Counted from the stretch's first letter, positions 47,588 to 57,256 are shown. The stretch is 64,000 bases of DNA from Candidatus Euphemobacter frigidus (GCA_030765805.1 JAVCDH010000084.1:3961-67960); one strand, 5' to 3'. Made by a program: numbers and translations. Notes: a model not told the origin generated them from the letters alone.

Positions 47588-49387
47588 TTAGTAGCCGAGT
47601 TCTTGTGACCGATAGAGATGATAATCGGCTTGCTCGGTCTGGCCGAGCCGGCGCAATGCTTCCGCGAGACGAGAGTGGACCCGGGCAACGTCCGGCATCA
47701 GCCGCAAGGATTTCCGGTACATTTCAACCGCCTCTCGGGGCCGGCCGGCCAGATCATAGGCAACGCCGAGGTTGTAGAGCGTATCGGAGTCAAGGGGATT
47801 GATCGCGGCCGCTCTCTTCAACATCAGAATCCCTTTCACCGGACGATCCAGGCGGCAGTAGATGATCCCCAGGTTATTGTAGGCGGCGGCGTAAGCCGGA
47901 TTCAGCTCGATTGCCCTTTGAAAGAGAGGAACCGCCCGGTCGAAATCTCCCGCCTGATAATAGACATTCCCCAGATTGTTATATGGATTGGGGTAACCGG
48001 GATCGAGCGAGATAGCCCTCCGATAGGATCTGACCGCGTCTTCCTTCCTTCCCCGGTTGAAGTAGTTATTCCCGAGGTTGTTGTGCATCCGGGCGGAGCC
48101 GGGGTTGTAACGAAGCGTCCGTTCGTAAAAGGTCAACGGCTCATAAAAATAGTTGTTCTGTTTAATCGTTAAGATACCATAGCAGAAGAGGACCACGATC
48201 CCGAGGGCGATCACTAAACCCCGGTATCTCTCTAACCGGAGGAGAGAAACGTAGCCGGCGGCCAGAAGCGTGAAGACCCCGATTGAGGGGAGATAAAGCC
48301 AGTGTTCCGCGATATAAGCCTTGATAGGATAGATGCCGGAAACGGGAATAATGGCAATGAAGAACCAGAAGACTGAGAAGAAGATCAGCCTCCGCGGCAA
48401 ACTCCCCCCGGCCCCGGGAGACCTGAACGGCGCCGTTTTCTTTAATCCGGCCCGGAGAGCAACGGATAACAGCAACACTGCGATCAGAATGCCGGCCGGG
48501 ACCTCGAGATCAGTAAACCGGAAGAGCGCAAACCCATACTCCTGGTGAAGATGGATGGGGAAGAGAATCAGCTTGACATAGGAGGTCACGGCGGCGAAGA
48601 ATCCGGGCACTCTCTCTGCCAGCGTGGTGGGAACTATGACCGGTCCAAGGAATAACTTCCGAAGCAGAACATACCCGGCGGCCATCCCGGCTAGGATCAG
48701 GAATAATGAGAGTTTTACTCTCCTCTTGAAAGTGACGTGAAAGAGGAGGAGAAGACCGGGCAGGACCACGCTGTTCTCACGCGAGAGGAGCGCCAGCAGA
48801 TAGGAGAAGAAGACCAGACCGGTCAACGGAAGTGAGCCACCGTCAAGACACTTGAGATAGCTGATGAAACAGACCAGCAGACAGAAGGCGGCCAGGGAAT
48901 CCGGGCGCCCGGATATATAGGCCACCGTCTCGGTCTGGATGGGATGAATAACATAGAGCAGGGCGGTCAAGAAGGCGAGAAGGTTTTCTTTGAAGAGGAC
49001 CCCGATTAAAAGATAGACCGCCCCGGCAACCAGGATGTGAGAGAGAATGGAGGAGATGTGGTAGCCGGCCGGGTTCAGCCTCCAGAAAGAGTAGTCGATA
49101 AGATAGGTAACTGTGGTCAGAGGGCGATAATAGTTATAGTCCTCCCCGGACCCGGCCGCCACGTCTTCGGTCATAATCCGGGGAAGGTAGACCGGACTTC
49201 TCAGATAAACATTGTTTTTGATAAAATGGACATCGTCCCAGATGAATGAACCGGAGAGGGAACTGAGATAGACCGCTACCCCGGCAAGAATAATCAAGAC
49301 CAGGGGCAACCAGCGAAGTTTCTTCGCCGGCCGGATGCAAGATACTATCCAGGTCTTTATTATACTCATTCTCAATCTGTGGAGCAA
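47588..49387 (-). CDS. GT-C type membrane glycosyltransferase-like protein (TMTC/PMT_2/DUF1736-like) with C-terminal TPR repeats
   Basis: It has ~10 TM helices with an FIWDD motif in the first loop, and its C-terminal 200 aa form TPR repeats. Confidence 0.55.
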   Translation of the reverse strand: MLHRLRMSIIKTWIVSCIRPAKKLRWLPLVLIILAGVAVYLSSLSGSFIWDDVHFIKNNVYLRSPVYLPRIMTEDVAAGSGEDYNYYRPLTTVTYLIDYSFWRLNPAGYHISSILSHILVAGAVYLLIGVLFKENLLAFLTALLYVIHPIQTETVAYISGRPDSLAAFCLLVCFISYLKCLDGGSLPLTGLVFFSYLLALLSRENSVVLPGLLLLFHVTFKRRVKLSLFLILAGMAAGYVLLRKLFLGPVIVPTTLAERVPGFFAAVTSYVKLILFPIHLHQEYGFALFRFTDLEVPAGILIAVLLLSVALRAGLKKTAPFRSPGAGGSLPRRLIFFSVFWFFIAIIPVSGIYPIKAYIAEHWLYLPSIGVFTLLAAGYVSLLRLERYRGLVIALGIVVLFCYGILTIKQNNYFYEPLTFYERTLRYNPGSARMHNNLGNNYFNRGRKEDAVRSYRRAISLDPGYPNPYNNLGNVYYQAGDFDRAVPLFQRAIELNPAYAAAYNNLGIIYCRLDRPVKGILMLKRAAAINPLDSDTLYNLGVAYDLAGRPREAVEMYRKSLRLMPDVARVHSRLAEALRRLGQTEQADYHLYRSQELGY

Positions 49388-49401
49388 CTTGTGAATATCT
49401 C

Positions 49402-49440
49402 TTATTATACAAATATTACCATGTAATATTTGTATAATAT
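49402..49440. promoter_or_regulatory. 17-bp perfect inverted repeat TTATTATACAAATATTAC-cat-GTAATATTTGTATAATA containing TGTATAATA (an extended -10) on both strands
   Basis: Read directly from the sequence. It lies in the divergent promoter region between 47588..49387 (-) and 49573..49920 (+). Confidence 0.45.
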
Positions 49441-49572
49441 GGGCTGTTTACACCGCCTATTTCTTTCTCTCCGACAATCGTAACTTTACAGATACGGCAA
49501 CTAATTGTACATTAGGGGCATTAAAAAATAGATAGCAATCTTTCCGGCAGGGTAATTGCAAGGAGACAGCTA

Positions 49573-49920
49573 ATGAAGAGAGTTCTTTCAGGGGTGTTAT
49601 TGTTTATCATAATCCTTGTCATCTCTCCCATCAGTCGGGGGGCTGATCGCCTGCTGGGGCCGCCGTATACGTACATATCCATCACTTTCACCTCGGGAGG
49701 GAAGACCCGGACCGGGGTAACGGCGATCCTGGTCGACGGTTCAAATACGGAATGGAAAGAGATCAGCAACCGGGAAGGGGAAGTGACGTTCGCGATCAAG
49801 GCCGAGTCCGGCATGGCCTTTCTCACCTACTGGGAGGGTGAGTCCGTCCCGGTCTATAAGAAAGTGTTCGAGTATAACGCCGGCAACCACTATAGCTTCC
49901 GCTTGAAACTGGCGAAGTAA
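49573..49920 (+). CDS. Secreted hypothetical protein (signal peptide, ~90 aa mature)
   Basis: It has an N-terminal signal peptide and no recognisable family. Confidence 0.4.
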   Translation: MKRVLSGVLLFIIILVISPISRGADRLLGPPYTYISITFTSGGKTRTGVTAILVDGSNTEWKEISNREGEVTFAIKAESGMAFLTYWEGESVPVYKKVFEYNAGNHYSFRLKLAK

Positions 49921-49923
49921 ATT

Positions 49924-50268
49924 CTATTCCCCGGCCGTGGTTGACTCCGGAGCACGATCAAGAGAGGACTCGATCAGGGAGATTAACTGGCCGCCTTCAA
50001 TCAGTACCTTCTGAGTCATCTTCATCTTGTCTACCGGATCGACGGATTTGACATACTCGATGGGAGAGAATGTCTCCATCATCCGGGAGCCGGGAAAGAG
50101 ATCCCGAGCCACCTCCAGAAGTTTATTATAGCGGCTGATAAACGATCCGGAATCGTAATAACCCGCGCCCAGTTGCTGGATCGTCTTCAGGTCATTCAAG
50201 AGTGTGCGTATCATCCCGAGCAGAATCATTCTCTCATCCCGGCTGGTATTATCCGTGTGTGGGCTCAT
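49924..50268 (-). CDS. Hypothetical protein translationally coupled to rplQ through an ATGA overlap
   Basis: The ATG at 50268 overlaps the rplQ TGA stop. The protein is 114 aa with no recognisable domain. Confidence 0.4.
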   Translation of the reverse strand: MSPHTDNTSRDERMILLGMIRTLLNDLKTIQQLGAGYYDSGSFISRYNKLLEVARDLFPGSRMMETFSPIEYVKSVDPVDKMKMTQKVLIEGGQLISLIESSLDRAPESTTAGE

Positions 50269-50684
50269 TTATTGGGACTCTCCTTCTTGGGTTTCATCCG
50301 CGCCGGAGAAGTAGATGACGGCACTTCCTCTTCCAGAAAGGAGAGCCGGGCCATCTGTGCCCCATCACCGTGACGGCCCCGGGCGATCTTCAAGAGCCGG
50401 GTATAACCGCCCGGGCGATCAGTGAATCGGGGGCCGATCTCCGAAAACAGCTTCTTTACAGCTTCTCTGTTCCGCAGCACCTGAATAGCCCGACGACGGG
50501 TAGCCAGAGTATTGCGTTTGGCCAGAGTCACCATCTTCTCAGCCAGGGGCCGGGCGGACCGCGCCTTGGCAATGGTGGTGGTGATCGTTTCTTCCCGAAT
50601 CAGGCTTGACACCAGGTTGGCCAGCAGGGCCTTGCGGTGAGCCGATGTTCGATTCAGTTTAACCGTTTTTTTTCTATGACGCAC
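50265..50684 (-). CDS. rplQ: 50S ribosomal protein L17
   Basis: The N-terminus MRHRKKTVKLNRTSAHRKA is L17-typical. Confidence 0.9.
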   Translation of the reverse strand: MRHRKKTVKLNRTSAHRKALLANLVSSLIREETITTTIAKARSARPLAEKMVTLAKRNTLATRRRAIQVLRNREAVKKLFSEIGPRFTDRPGGYTRLLKIARGRHGDGAQMARLSFLEEEVPSSTSPARMKPKKESPNK

Positions 50685-50696
50685 TATTCGTTACCC

Positions 50697-51701
50697 CTAA
50701 TCTTCCAGGATTCCTTCGATTAACTGCTCAGGTTTAGGGATGTCCATCCCCAGAGAGAGCCCCAGGTCGGATAAGATGCTTTTAATCTCCTCCAGCGATT
50801 TCTTCCCGAAGTTGCGGTACTTAAGCATCTCGGATTCTGATCGGCCAGCCAGGTCGCCGATGGTCTGGATGTTGGCCGATTTTATGCAGTTGGAAGACCT
50901 GACCGATAACTCGATCTCATTGATCGACATATTGAGCAGTTTCTGGATTTTGTCCTCCTTGTCCTCCACCTCGATCTCTTCTTCAAACTCGATCGCATAG
51001 CGATCCTGATCGGTAAAGAGATCAAGATGCTTCTTCAATATGGCCGACGATTGAATCAAGGCTTCCCGGGGGGTGAGACGACCGTCGGTCCAGATCTCAA
51101 TAATCAGGCGGTTATAGTCCGTCCGCTGGCCGACCCGGGTATCTTCAACGTAATATTTCACCTTACGAACCGGGCTAAAGATGGAGTCAATCGGGATAAC
51201 CCCGATTGGAGCATCCGGGCTTTTATTCAGTTCCGCCACGCGATAGCCCCGTCCGAGCCTTACACCCATCTCCATCTTGAGCGTCGCACCTTTCCCGAGC
51301 CGGGCGATCGGCTGCTCCGGATTGACGATCTCTACCATCCCCCCGGTATTTATATCGCCGGCCTTAACCTCTTTTTCACCCCGGGCCGATAGTGTAATCA
51401 TACGAGGCTCCCGGCCGTCTATCTTCAGGACAATCCGTTTCAGATTTAGAATGATCTCGGTCACGTCTTCATAGACACCATCTATGGTCGTAAATTCATG
51501 GAGCGCCCCTTCGATCTTAACGTCGGTGATCGCCGCTCCTTCAAGAGACGAAAGGAGAACCCGGCGGAGGGTGTTGCCCAGGGTAAATCCATACCCTCTT
51601 TCGAACGGTTCAGCAGTAAACTTGGTATAGGTACTGGTAGCGGTCTCCTCATCTTCTATCAATACCTTGGGAAGCTCAAACTTCCCCATCACAATGGCCA
51701 T
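50697..51701 (-). CDS. rpoA: DNA-directed RNA polymerase subunit alpha
   Basis: The 334 aa protein has an NTD dimerisation region and a CTD helix-hairpin-helix. Confidence 0.95.
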   Translation of the reverse strand: MAIVMGKFELPKVLIEDEETATSTYTKFTAEPFERGYGFTLGNTLRRVLLSSLEGAAITDVKIEGALHEFTTIDGVYEDVTEIILNLKRIVLKIDGREPRMITLSARGEKEVKAGDINTGGMVEIVNPEQPIARLGKGATLKMEMGVRLGRGYRVAELNKSPDAPIGVIPIDSIFSPVRKVKYYVEDTRVGQRTDYNRLIIEIWTDGRLTPREALIQSSAILKKHLDLFTDQDRYAIEFEEEIEVEDKEDKIQKLLNMSINEIELSVRSSNCIKSANIQTIGDLAGRSESEMLKYRNFGKKSLEEIKSILSDLGLSLGMDIPKPEQLIEGILED

Positions 51702-51759
51702 AGTATTCCTCCTCTAATATTTCAAATCTGTAAAAGGCGCAAACCGGGTAAATCATGTC

Positions 51760-52386
51760 TTATTTAGAGTAAAGTCCCACTACCAGGGATATATCCACCG
51801 GAACCCTTCCTTCATTGATCGTGGGAAGACGGAGCGCTTCACCCCGGAACTGATTCTTGTCAAGGTGAAGCCACTCGGGAACTTCCTGGGCGTGAGAGGC
51901 TTCCAGCGCCTCCGCCGCCCGCTGTCGGCTGGTGCTCCCTTTCCTTACTTCGACTATATCACCCACCTTTACGGCATAGCCCGGAAAATCGACTCTTCGT
52001 CCATTAACCTGAATATGGCCATGGAGAACAAACTGACGGGCGGTGCGAATAGCCGGCGTGAAACCCAGGCGATATATTACATTATCCAGACGAGTCTCCA
52101 GCATTTTAAGCAGATTCTCTCCCGTCATACCTTTCTTCAGAGCCGCTTTTTCATAATAATTTCTAAATTGCCGCTCTCCGATCAGGAAGCTTCTTCTCAG
52201 CTTCTGCTTCTCCCTCAGCTGAACCCCGTATTCGGATACTTTCCGTCGGCGCAATCCATGCTCACCCGGCGGCTTCCGGCCTTTCTCTACCGGACATTTA
52301 CTCATCAGGCACTTGGCGCCTTTGAGAAAAAGTTTCATCTTTTCCCGCCGACACAATCTGCAAACTGGACCTATATACCTTGCCAT
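51760..52386 (-). CDS. rpsD: 30S ribosomal protein S4
   Basis: Start is MARYIGPVCRLCRRE at ATG 52386 with GGAG upstream; the ORF track has an N-terminal extension. Confidence 0.9.
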   Translation of the reverse strand: MARYIGPVCRLCRREKMKLFLKGAKCLMSKCPVEKGRKPPGEHGLRRRKVSEYGVQLREKQKLRRSFLIGERQFRNYYEKAALKKGMTGENLLKMLETRLDNVIYRLGFTPAIRTARQFVLHGHIQVNGRRVDFPGYAVKVGDIVEVRKGSTSRQRAAEALEASHAQEVPEWLHLDKNQFRGEALRLPTINEGRVPVDISLVVGLYSK

Positions 52387-52403
52387 AATAACTCCTGAAT
52401 CTT

Positions 52404-52799
52404 TTAGACTCTTCGTCGTTTCGGTGGACGGCACCCGTTGTGGGGAACCGGAGTCACGTCCCGGATGGCGGTAATCTTCAAGCCGATCCCTTGGAGCGCC
52501 CGGACCGCCGAATCTCGGCCGGCTCCCGGGCCCTTTACCCAGACTTCAATTCGCTGCAATCCTAGATTCTTCGCTTCATTACCAGCCCGCTGGGCTACTA
52601 TCTGGGCGGCAAAAGATGTGCTCTTCCGCGACCCTTTAAAACCGACCCGGCCGGCGCTGGCCCAGGAAATGACCGCGCCGTCGGAGTCGGAGATGGTGAC
52701 AATCGTGTTATTGAAGGTGGCCTGGATGTGAGCCAACCCCGAAACTACCGAGCGGTCGAGCTTCTTCTTCCTAGCCGTCTTTCTCTTCCCTTTAGCCAT
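52404..52799 (-). CDS. rpsK: 30S ribosomal protein S11
   Basis: It begins [13 protein letters not shown] and is S11-like throughout. Start is the ATG at 52799. Confidence 0.9.
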   Translation of the reverse strand: MAKGKRKTARKKKLDRSVVSGLAHIQATFNNTIVTISDSDGAVISWASAGRVGFKGSRKSTSFAAQIVAQRAGNEAKNLGLQRIEVWVKGPGAGRDSAVRALQGIGLKITAIRDVTPVPHNGCRPPKRRRV

Positions 52800-52885
52800 T
52801 CGTACCTCCATATTGCACTGCTATCGATATTAGCCCGACTTTAGCGATTCGCGACAAGTCGGGTTAATTCCGGCATTGTTTAAAA

Positions 52886-52955
52886 CTAACCCGATTTATG
52901 CCTGCCTGTCGCCTGCCTGCCGGCAGGCAGGGCAGACAGGAATAAATCGGGTTAG
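52886..52955 (-). other. Long imperfect hairpin (~30-bp stem) between rpsM and rpsK whose right arm overlaps the last codons of rpsM
   Basis: The sequence is CTAACCCGATTTATGCCTGCCTG...CAGGCAGGGCAGACAGGAATAAATCGGGTTAG. The inverted arms were checked by hand. Confidence 0.5.
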
Positions 52956-53335
52956 CGCAGGCCTTTCTTCTTTCTCTTCGCCCCCACCGTCTGCCCCGGG
53001 CCTTTTCGGGTCCGGGCATTGGTGTGAGTTCTCTGACCCCGCACGGGGAGGCCCCGCCTATGACGAAGTCCCCGGTAGCATCCAATATTCATCAGACGCT
53101 TAATATTCTGGGTGCGTTCTCGCCGGAGATCCCCTTCCACCTGATACTCCTTCTGGATCATGGAGCCAATTTTTCCCACCTCATCTTCGGTCAGATCTCG
53201 GGCTCGCATACCCGGCTTAATGCCAATCTTCTTTATTATATCACCGGCGAGTTTCCGCCCGATTCCATAGATCGAGGTCAGAGCAATTTCAACCGTTTTC
53301 TGTTTCGGGATATCAACCCCGACAATTCTGGGCAT
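52952..53335 (-). CDS. rpsM: 30S ribosomal protein S13
   Basis: It begins [26 protein letters not shown]. Confidence 0.9.
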   Translation of the reverse strand: MPRIVGVDIPKQKTVEIALTSIYGIGRKLAGDIIKKIGIKPGMRARDLTEDEVGKIGSMIQKEYQVEGDLRRERTQNIKRLMNIGCYRGLRHRRGLPVRGQRTHTNARTRKGPGQTVGAKRKKKGLR

Positions 53336-53347
53336 TGTTGCTCTCCT

Positions 53348-53461
53348 TTATCCCTGCTTCTGTTTGTGCCGGGGGTTGGCACAGATCACCCGCACCACAC
53401 CCTTCCGTTTTATGATCTTGCATCGCTCGCAGATTCTTTTTACCGAGGCTTTAACTTTCAT
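53348..53461 (-). CDS. rpmJ: 50S ribosomal protein L36
   Basis: Translating the minus strand by hand gives [37 protein letters not shown] (37 aa). It is too short to appear in the ORF track. Confidence 0.8.
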   Translation of the reverse strand: MKVKASVKRICERCKIIKRKGVVRVICANPRHKQKQG

Positions 53462-53520
53462 TGTATTTTTTTTGCTCCGCAAAAATAACTGTAAAACTTT
53501 AACCTAACGACAGAACTCTA

Positions 53521-53736
53521 CTAAAGGCGGCGGATGATCCGACCTTTAGTTAGATCATAAGGTGACATCTCCATCAAAACTTTATCTCCCGGAAGCAGCT
53601 TGATAAAGTGGAGACGCATCCGACCCGAGATGTGGGCAAGGACTAGATGCCCCTCACCGACTGCCACCCGAAACATGGTATTGGGGAGGAGTTCCTTGAC
53701 CTCGCCTTCAAGTTTGATCGCTTCGTCTTTAGTCAT
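53521..53736 (-). CDS. infA: Translation initiation factor IF-1
   Basis: A 71 aa S1-like OB fold with the segment NTMFRV...GHISGKMR. Confidence 0.9.
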   Translation of the reverse strand: MTKDEAIKLEGEVKELLPNTMFRVAVGEGHLVLAHISGRMRLHFIKLLPGDKVLMEMSPYDLTKGRIIRRL

Positions 53737-53762
53737 AATTTTTATATCTTGCCCGGGTGTCG

Positions 53763-54416
53763 TTATTGTAACCGGCTGAGAATCTCCTCTAACTTCTTAT
53801 AAGTCTCGACGCGCGCGATGCCGGCATCGACCCGCTCCAGCAATCTTCTGTCGGCATACCATTGAATAAGATCCTCCGTCTTATCACGATAAACCTGGAG
53901 CCGCTGGCGGATCGCCTCCGGTTCATCATCGGGACGCTGGTAGAGCTCCCCCCCGCAGGCGTCGCAGATGCCGGGTTTGAGGGGAGGCATATTGACAGTA
54001 TGGAATATCTTGCCGCATTGGTGGCAAATTCTCCGTCCGCTTAAACGTTTGATAATCACATCTTCCGGCGCATCCAGGTAGATCACCCGGCTCAGTTCGG
54101 TTCCCATTTCAGAGAGGAGATGCTCGAGCATCTCCGCCTGGGGAATTGTCCGGGGAAATCCGTCCAGAATATAACCATTCCCGGCATCTTCCTTTTGAAG
54201 ACGTTTCCGGATAATGTCAACCGCTAACTCGTCCGGAACCAGATTGCCGTCATCGATATAGTTCCGGGCGAGCTTGCCCAGTTCTGTTCCCGCTTTTATC
54301 TCTTCCCGGAGTATGTCGCCGGTCGAAATATGGGGAATTCCGTATTTTCTTGCCAGATCAACCGCCTGAGTGCCCTTACCGGCTCCGGGAGGCCCTAAAA
54401 ACACCACATTTTTCAC
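53763..54416 (-). CDS. adk: Adenylate kinase (with a zinc-binding lid, CxxC...CxxC)
   Basis: It has a P-loop [11 protein letters not shown] and a lid region with CHQCG...CDACG. Confidence 0.9.
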   Translation of the reverse strand: MKNVVFLGPPGAGKGTQAVDLARKYGIPHISTGDILREEIKAGTELGKLARNYIDDGNLVPDELAVDIIRKRLQKEDAGNGYILDGFPRTIPQAEMLEHLLSEMGTELSRVIYLDAPEDVIIKRLSGRRICHQCGKIFHTVNMPPLKPGICDACGGELYQRPDDEPEAIRQRLQVYRDKTEDLIQWYADRRLLERVDAGIARVETYKKLEEILSRLQ

Positions 54417-54417
54417 T

Positions 54418-55770
54418 TTAAAACCTCCCCCGAAGTTTGCCCTTTTTCATAAACCCGTCATAATGACGCATCAAAAGATGAGATTCAACCTGACGCATGG
54501 TGTCCAGCATGACGCCCACAATGATCAAGAGGCTGGTGCCTCCGAAGAACTGGGTGATGGTAAAGCTCAAACGCAGGCGCCCGCTGATCAAGGTCGGCAG
54601 GATCGCGATCGCCGCCAGGAAGATAGCCCCGGAGATCGTAATCCGGGTCATCACCCGGTCCAGGAAGTCCGCCGTGTTCTTCCCGGGGCGGATCCCCGGG
54701 ATGAAGCCGCCGTATTTTCGCATATTGTCGGCTACATCAACCGGGTTGAATGTGATAGCAGTATAGAAATAACAGAAGAAGATAATAAGCAGAACATAGA
54801 GCAATGAATAGAGCGGAGCACCGGGAGCGAGATAGCTGCTGAGAGCTCGAAGCTTAGGTATAAATCCGGCCAATGTCGCCGGAAACATCAAGAGCGCAGA
54901 GGCGAAGATGATGGGGATGACACCGGCCTGGTTGACCCGGAGAGGGATATAAGTTCGCTGCCCCCCATAAATCTTGCGGCCGACGATCCTTTTGGCATAC
55001 TGCACCGGGATCTGCCGTTGGCCCTGCGTAACCATGATCACGGCCGCCACCACCCCGATGAAGAGGATCAACATCACGATCAGCAACCCCAGCGGCTGGG
55101 TCGCCTTGCCCGGATCGAGAGGGGAGAAGACGGCCCAGGCATCGATGGCGGCGCGGGGGGCCCGGGAGATAATGCTGGTAGTAATAATGAGGGATATCCC
55201 GTTCCCGATCCCCCGATCGGTGATTTGTTCGCCGAGCCACATGATGAAGATGGTCCCTGAGGTCAGCGTCAGCATGGCCAGGAGCCGAAAAGCAAGACCG
55301 GGGGGAGCAATCTGGACCCCCTGGGCGAGACCGGGGAAGATCGACTGGGGATTCTGAAGGCCGACGCTGATCATGTACCCCTGAAAAAGTGAGAGAACCA
55401 CCGTCGCGTATCGGGTATACTGGTTGATCTTCTTCCGCCCTACCTCTCCTTCCTTGGACAGCTTCTCCAGGAAGGGAATAACCGCGGTCAGGAGCTGCAT
55501 GATGATGGAGGCGCTGATGTAAGGCATAATCCCGAGCGCGAAGATGGTACACTTCGATATCGCCCCGCCGGAGAAGATATCCATCAGACCGAAGATAGTC
55601 CCACCCCGGGCGCTGGTCAGTTTCGCAAAGATCTTAGTGAGAGCCTCGGAGTCGATCCCTGGAGTGGGAATATAACAGCCGATCCGGTAAACAATTAGCA
55701 ACCCGAGTGTGAAGAAGATCCGTTTCCGAAGTTCCGGGATTTTAAATATATTGGTAAACGCGGATAACAT
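54418..55770 (-). CDS. secY: Preprotein translocase subunit SecY
   Basis: The 450 aa protein has 10 TM segments and the SecY signature throughout. Confidence 0.95.
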   Translation of the reverse strand: MLSAFTNIFKIPELRKRIFFTLGLLIVYRIGCYIPTPGIDSEALTKIFAKLTSARGGTIFGLMDIFSGGAISKCTIFALGIMPYISASIIMQLLTAVIPFLEKLSKEGEVGRKKINQYTRYATVVLSLFQGYMISVGLQNPQSIFPGLAQGVQIAPPGLAFRLLAMLTLTSGTIFIMWLGEQITDRGIGNGISLIITTSIISRAPRAAIDAWAVFSPLDPGKATQPLGLLIVMLILFIGVVAAVIMVTQGQRQIPVQYAKRIVGRKIYGGQRTYIPLRVNQAGVIPIIFASALLMFPATLAGFIPKLRALSSYLAPGAPLYSLLYVLLIIFFCYFYTAITFNPVDVADNMRKYGGFIPGIRPGKNTADFLDRVMTRITISGAIFLAAIAILPTLISGRLRLSFTITQFFGGTSLLIIVGVMLDTMRQVESHLLMRHYDGFMKKGKLRGRF

Positions 55771-55776
55771 AGCCTA

Positions 55777-56220
55777 TTATCCTATTCCCCGGCAGCTTCC
55801 CCCGGCGGTTTCGATCGCGGCGCGGGCGGATTGACTGAACCGATGAGCTTGAACGGTCAGTTTCTTATCGATCGTCCCCCTCCCCAGGATCTTGACGCCG
55901 TATTTCAGGGTACGGATTATACGCCTCTCCCGGAGCAGCTCGGGGGTTACCTCCGATCCTTCCGGAAAGACGGCCAGATCCTCCAGATTTACGATGGTAT
56001 ATACCTTAGGGTTGAGAGAGGTAAATCCCGTCTTGGGCTGCCGCCGCTTGAGGGGCATCTGCCCTCCCTCGAAACCAGGTTTAGACCGGTAACCGGAACG
56101 TGATTTCTGGCCCTTCTGCCCGCGGCCCGATGTCTTCCCCAGGCCCGAGCCGGGACCTCGGCCCCTTCTCTTCCGGGGGCGGCGTGATCCGGGAACAAGA
56201 TGTAATTGATGAAGTTCCAC
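55777..56220 (-). CDS. rplO: 50S ribosomal protein L15
   Basis: It has a glycine/arginine-rich N-terminus ([20 protein letters not shown]). Confidence 0.9.
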   Translation of the reverse strand: MELHQLHLVPGSRRPRKRRGRGPGSGLGKTSGRGQKGQKSRSGYRSKPGFEGGQMPLKRRQPKTGFTSLNPKVYTIVNLEDLAVFPEGSEVTPELLRERRIIRTLKYGVKILGRGTIDKKLTVQAHRFSQSARAAIETAGGSCRGIG

Positions 56221-56721
56221 TTATTCTCCCTTCCTCAGCCTATAAGCTGCTTCTTCTCCTTTGATTCGATTCAACCCTTCGATCCCGGCCTTGATCAGAT
56301 TGAAGGGGTTACGGGATCCCAACGCCTTGGCGTAGATGTCCTTGATCCCGGAAAGTTCCAGCAGGGCCCGCACCCCGCCGCCGGCCACGATCCCCTTTCC
56401 AGGAGAGGCGGGCTTTAACAACACCCGGGCACCACCATAACGGCCTACCACGCGATGGGAGATGGTAGCCCCCTTCAGAGGTACCGAGAAGATGTTCTTC
56501 CGGGCAATCTCGGTCCCCTTGGCAATGGCTTCGGCCACTTCCTTGGCCTTGCCCAAGCCGAGACCGACTTGGCCGGCCCGGTCACCCACCACGACCACGG
56601 CACTGAAACTGAAGCGCCTTCCCCCCTTTACAACTTTGGAGCAACGGCGGATATCCACCACCAAGTCTTCAAGTCCACTCTCATTCTCTCTCTTCTTAGC
56701 CTTTTTCTGATAAGCCGCCAT
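56221..56721 (-). CDS. rpsE: 30S ribosomal protein S5
   Basis: Start is MAAYQKK at ATG 56721 with AAGGTGG upstream. The ORF track extension to 56778 is antisense to a hairpin and is unlikely to be real. It abuts rplO with no L30 gene between them. Confidence 0.9.
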   Translation of the reverse strand: MAAYQKKAKKRENESGLEDLVVDIRRCSKVVKGGRRFSFSAVVVVGDRAGQVGLGLGKAKEVAEAIAKGTEIARKNIFSVPLKGATISHRVVGRYGGARVLLKPASPGKGIVAGGGVRALLELSGIKDIYAKALGSRNPFNLIKAGIEGLNRIKGEEAAYRLRKGE

Positions 56722-56883
56722 TATTACCACCTTATAAATTAGCGCCTTCGGCGCTACTTTATATTGGACCCCCGACACCAGCGTCGGGGGTCTGTTGGTT
56801 AACTAAAACCTCGGTTTAAAAATATGTCTGTGTTGTTGTTCCAATGTTTGCACAATCTTATTTTTTCACAGAAAAAATAAGAG
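56722..56883 (-). other. 162-bp structured spacer between rplR and rpsE containing two perfect GC-rich hairpins
   Basis: The hairpins are GACCCCCGAC-accagc-GTCGGGGGTC (10-bp stem) and AGCGCC-ttcg-GGCGCT (UUCG tetraloop). Confidence 0.5.
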
Positions 56884-57255
56884 TTAGAAGATCAGCCCAT
56901 TCTTCCGGGACGCCTCCGCCAGGGCCCTGATCCGGCCATGATAGTGATAACATCCCCGGTCAAAGACTACTTCTTCGATCAAAAGCTCGGCCGCCGTCGC
57001 TCCCACCAATTCACCCAGGGCCGCGGCCGCCTCTACCGTACCCCCTCCTTTCTGATACTTCTTCTTGAAAACCGGCGAGAGGGTGGAAAGAGCGCCCAGG
57101 GTCCGGCCGGTTTCATCGTCGATGAACTGGACGGAAAGATTCCGGAGACTGCGATAGACGCTCATCCGGGGTCGGGCCGCCGTCCCTCTAACCTTTTTTC
57201 TGATCCGGATCGATCTCTTCCTCCGGGCTGCGTTCTGCTTAGTCCCTGGCCTCAT
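56884..57255 (-). CDS. rplR: 50S ribosomal protein L18
   Basis: It begins MRPGTKQNAARRKRSIRIRKK and is L18-like. Confidence 0.9.
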   Translation of the reverse strand: MRPGTKQNAARRKRSIRIRKKVRGTAARPRMSVYRSLRNLSVQFIDDETGRTLGALSTLSPVFKKKYQKGGGTVEAAAALGELVGATAAELLIEEVVFDRGCYHYHGRIRALAEASRKNGLIF

Positions 57256-57256
57256 A

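Noticed and set aside
56722-56778. N-terminal extension of the S5 ORF (MSGVQYKVAPKALIYKVVI)
   Set aside because: It is antisense to the spacer hairpins. The canonical S5 N-terminus MAAYQKK has a strong AAGGTGG RBS.
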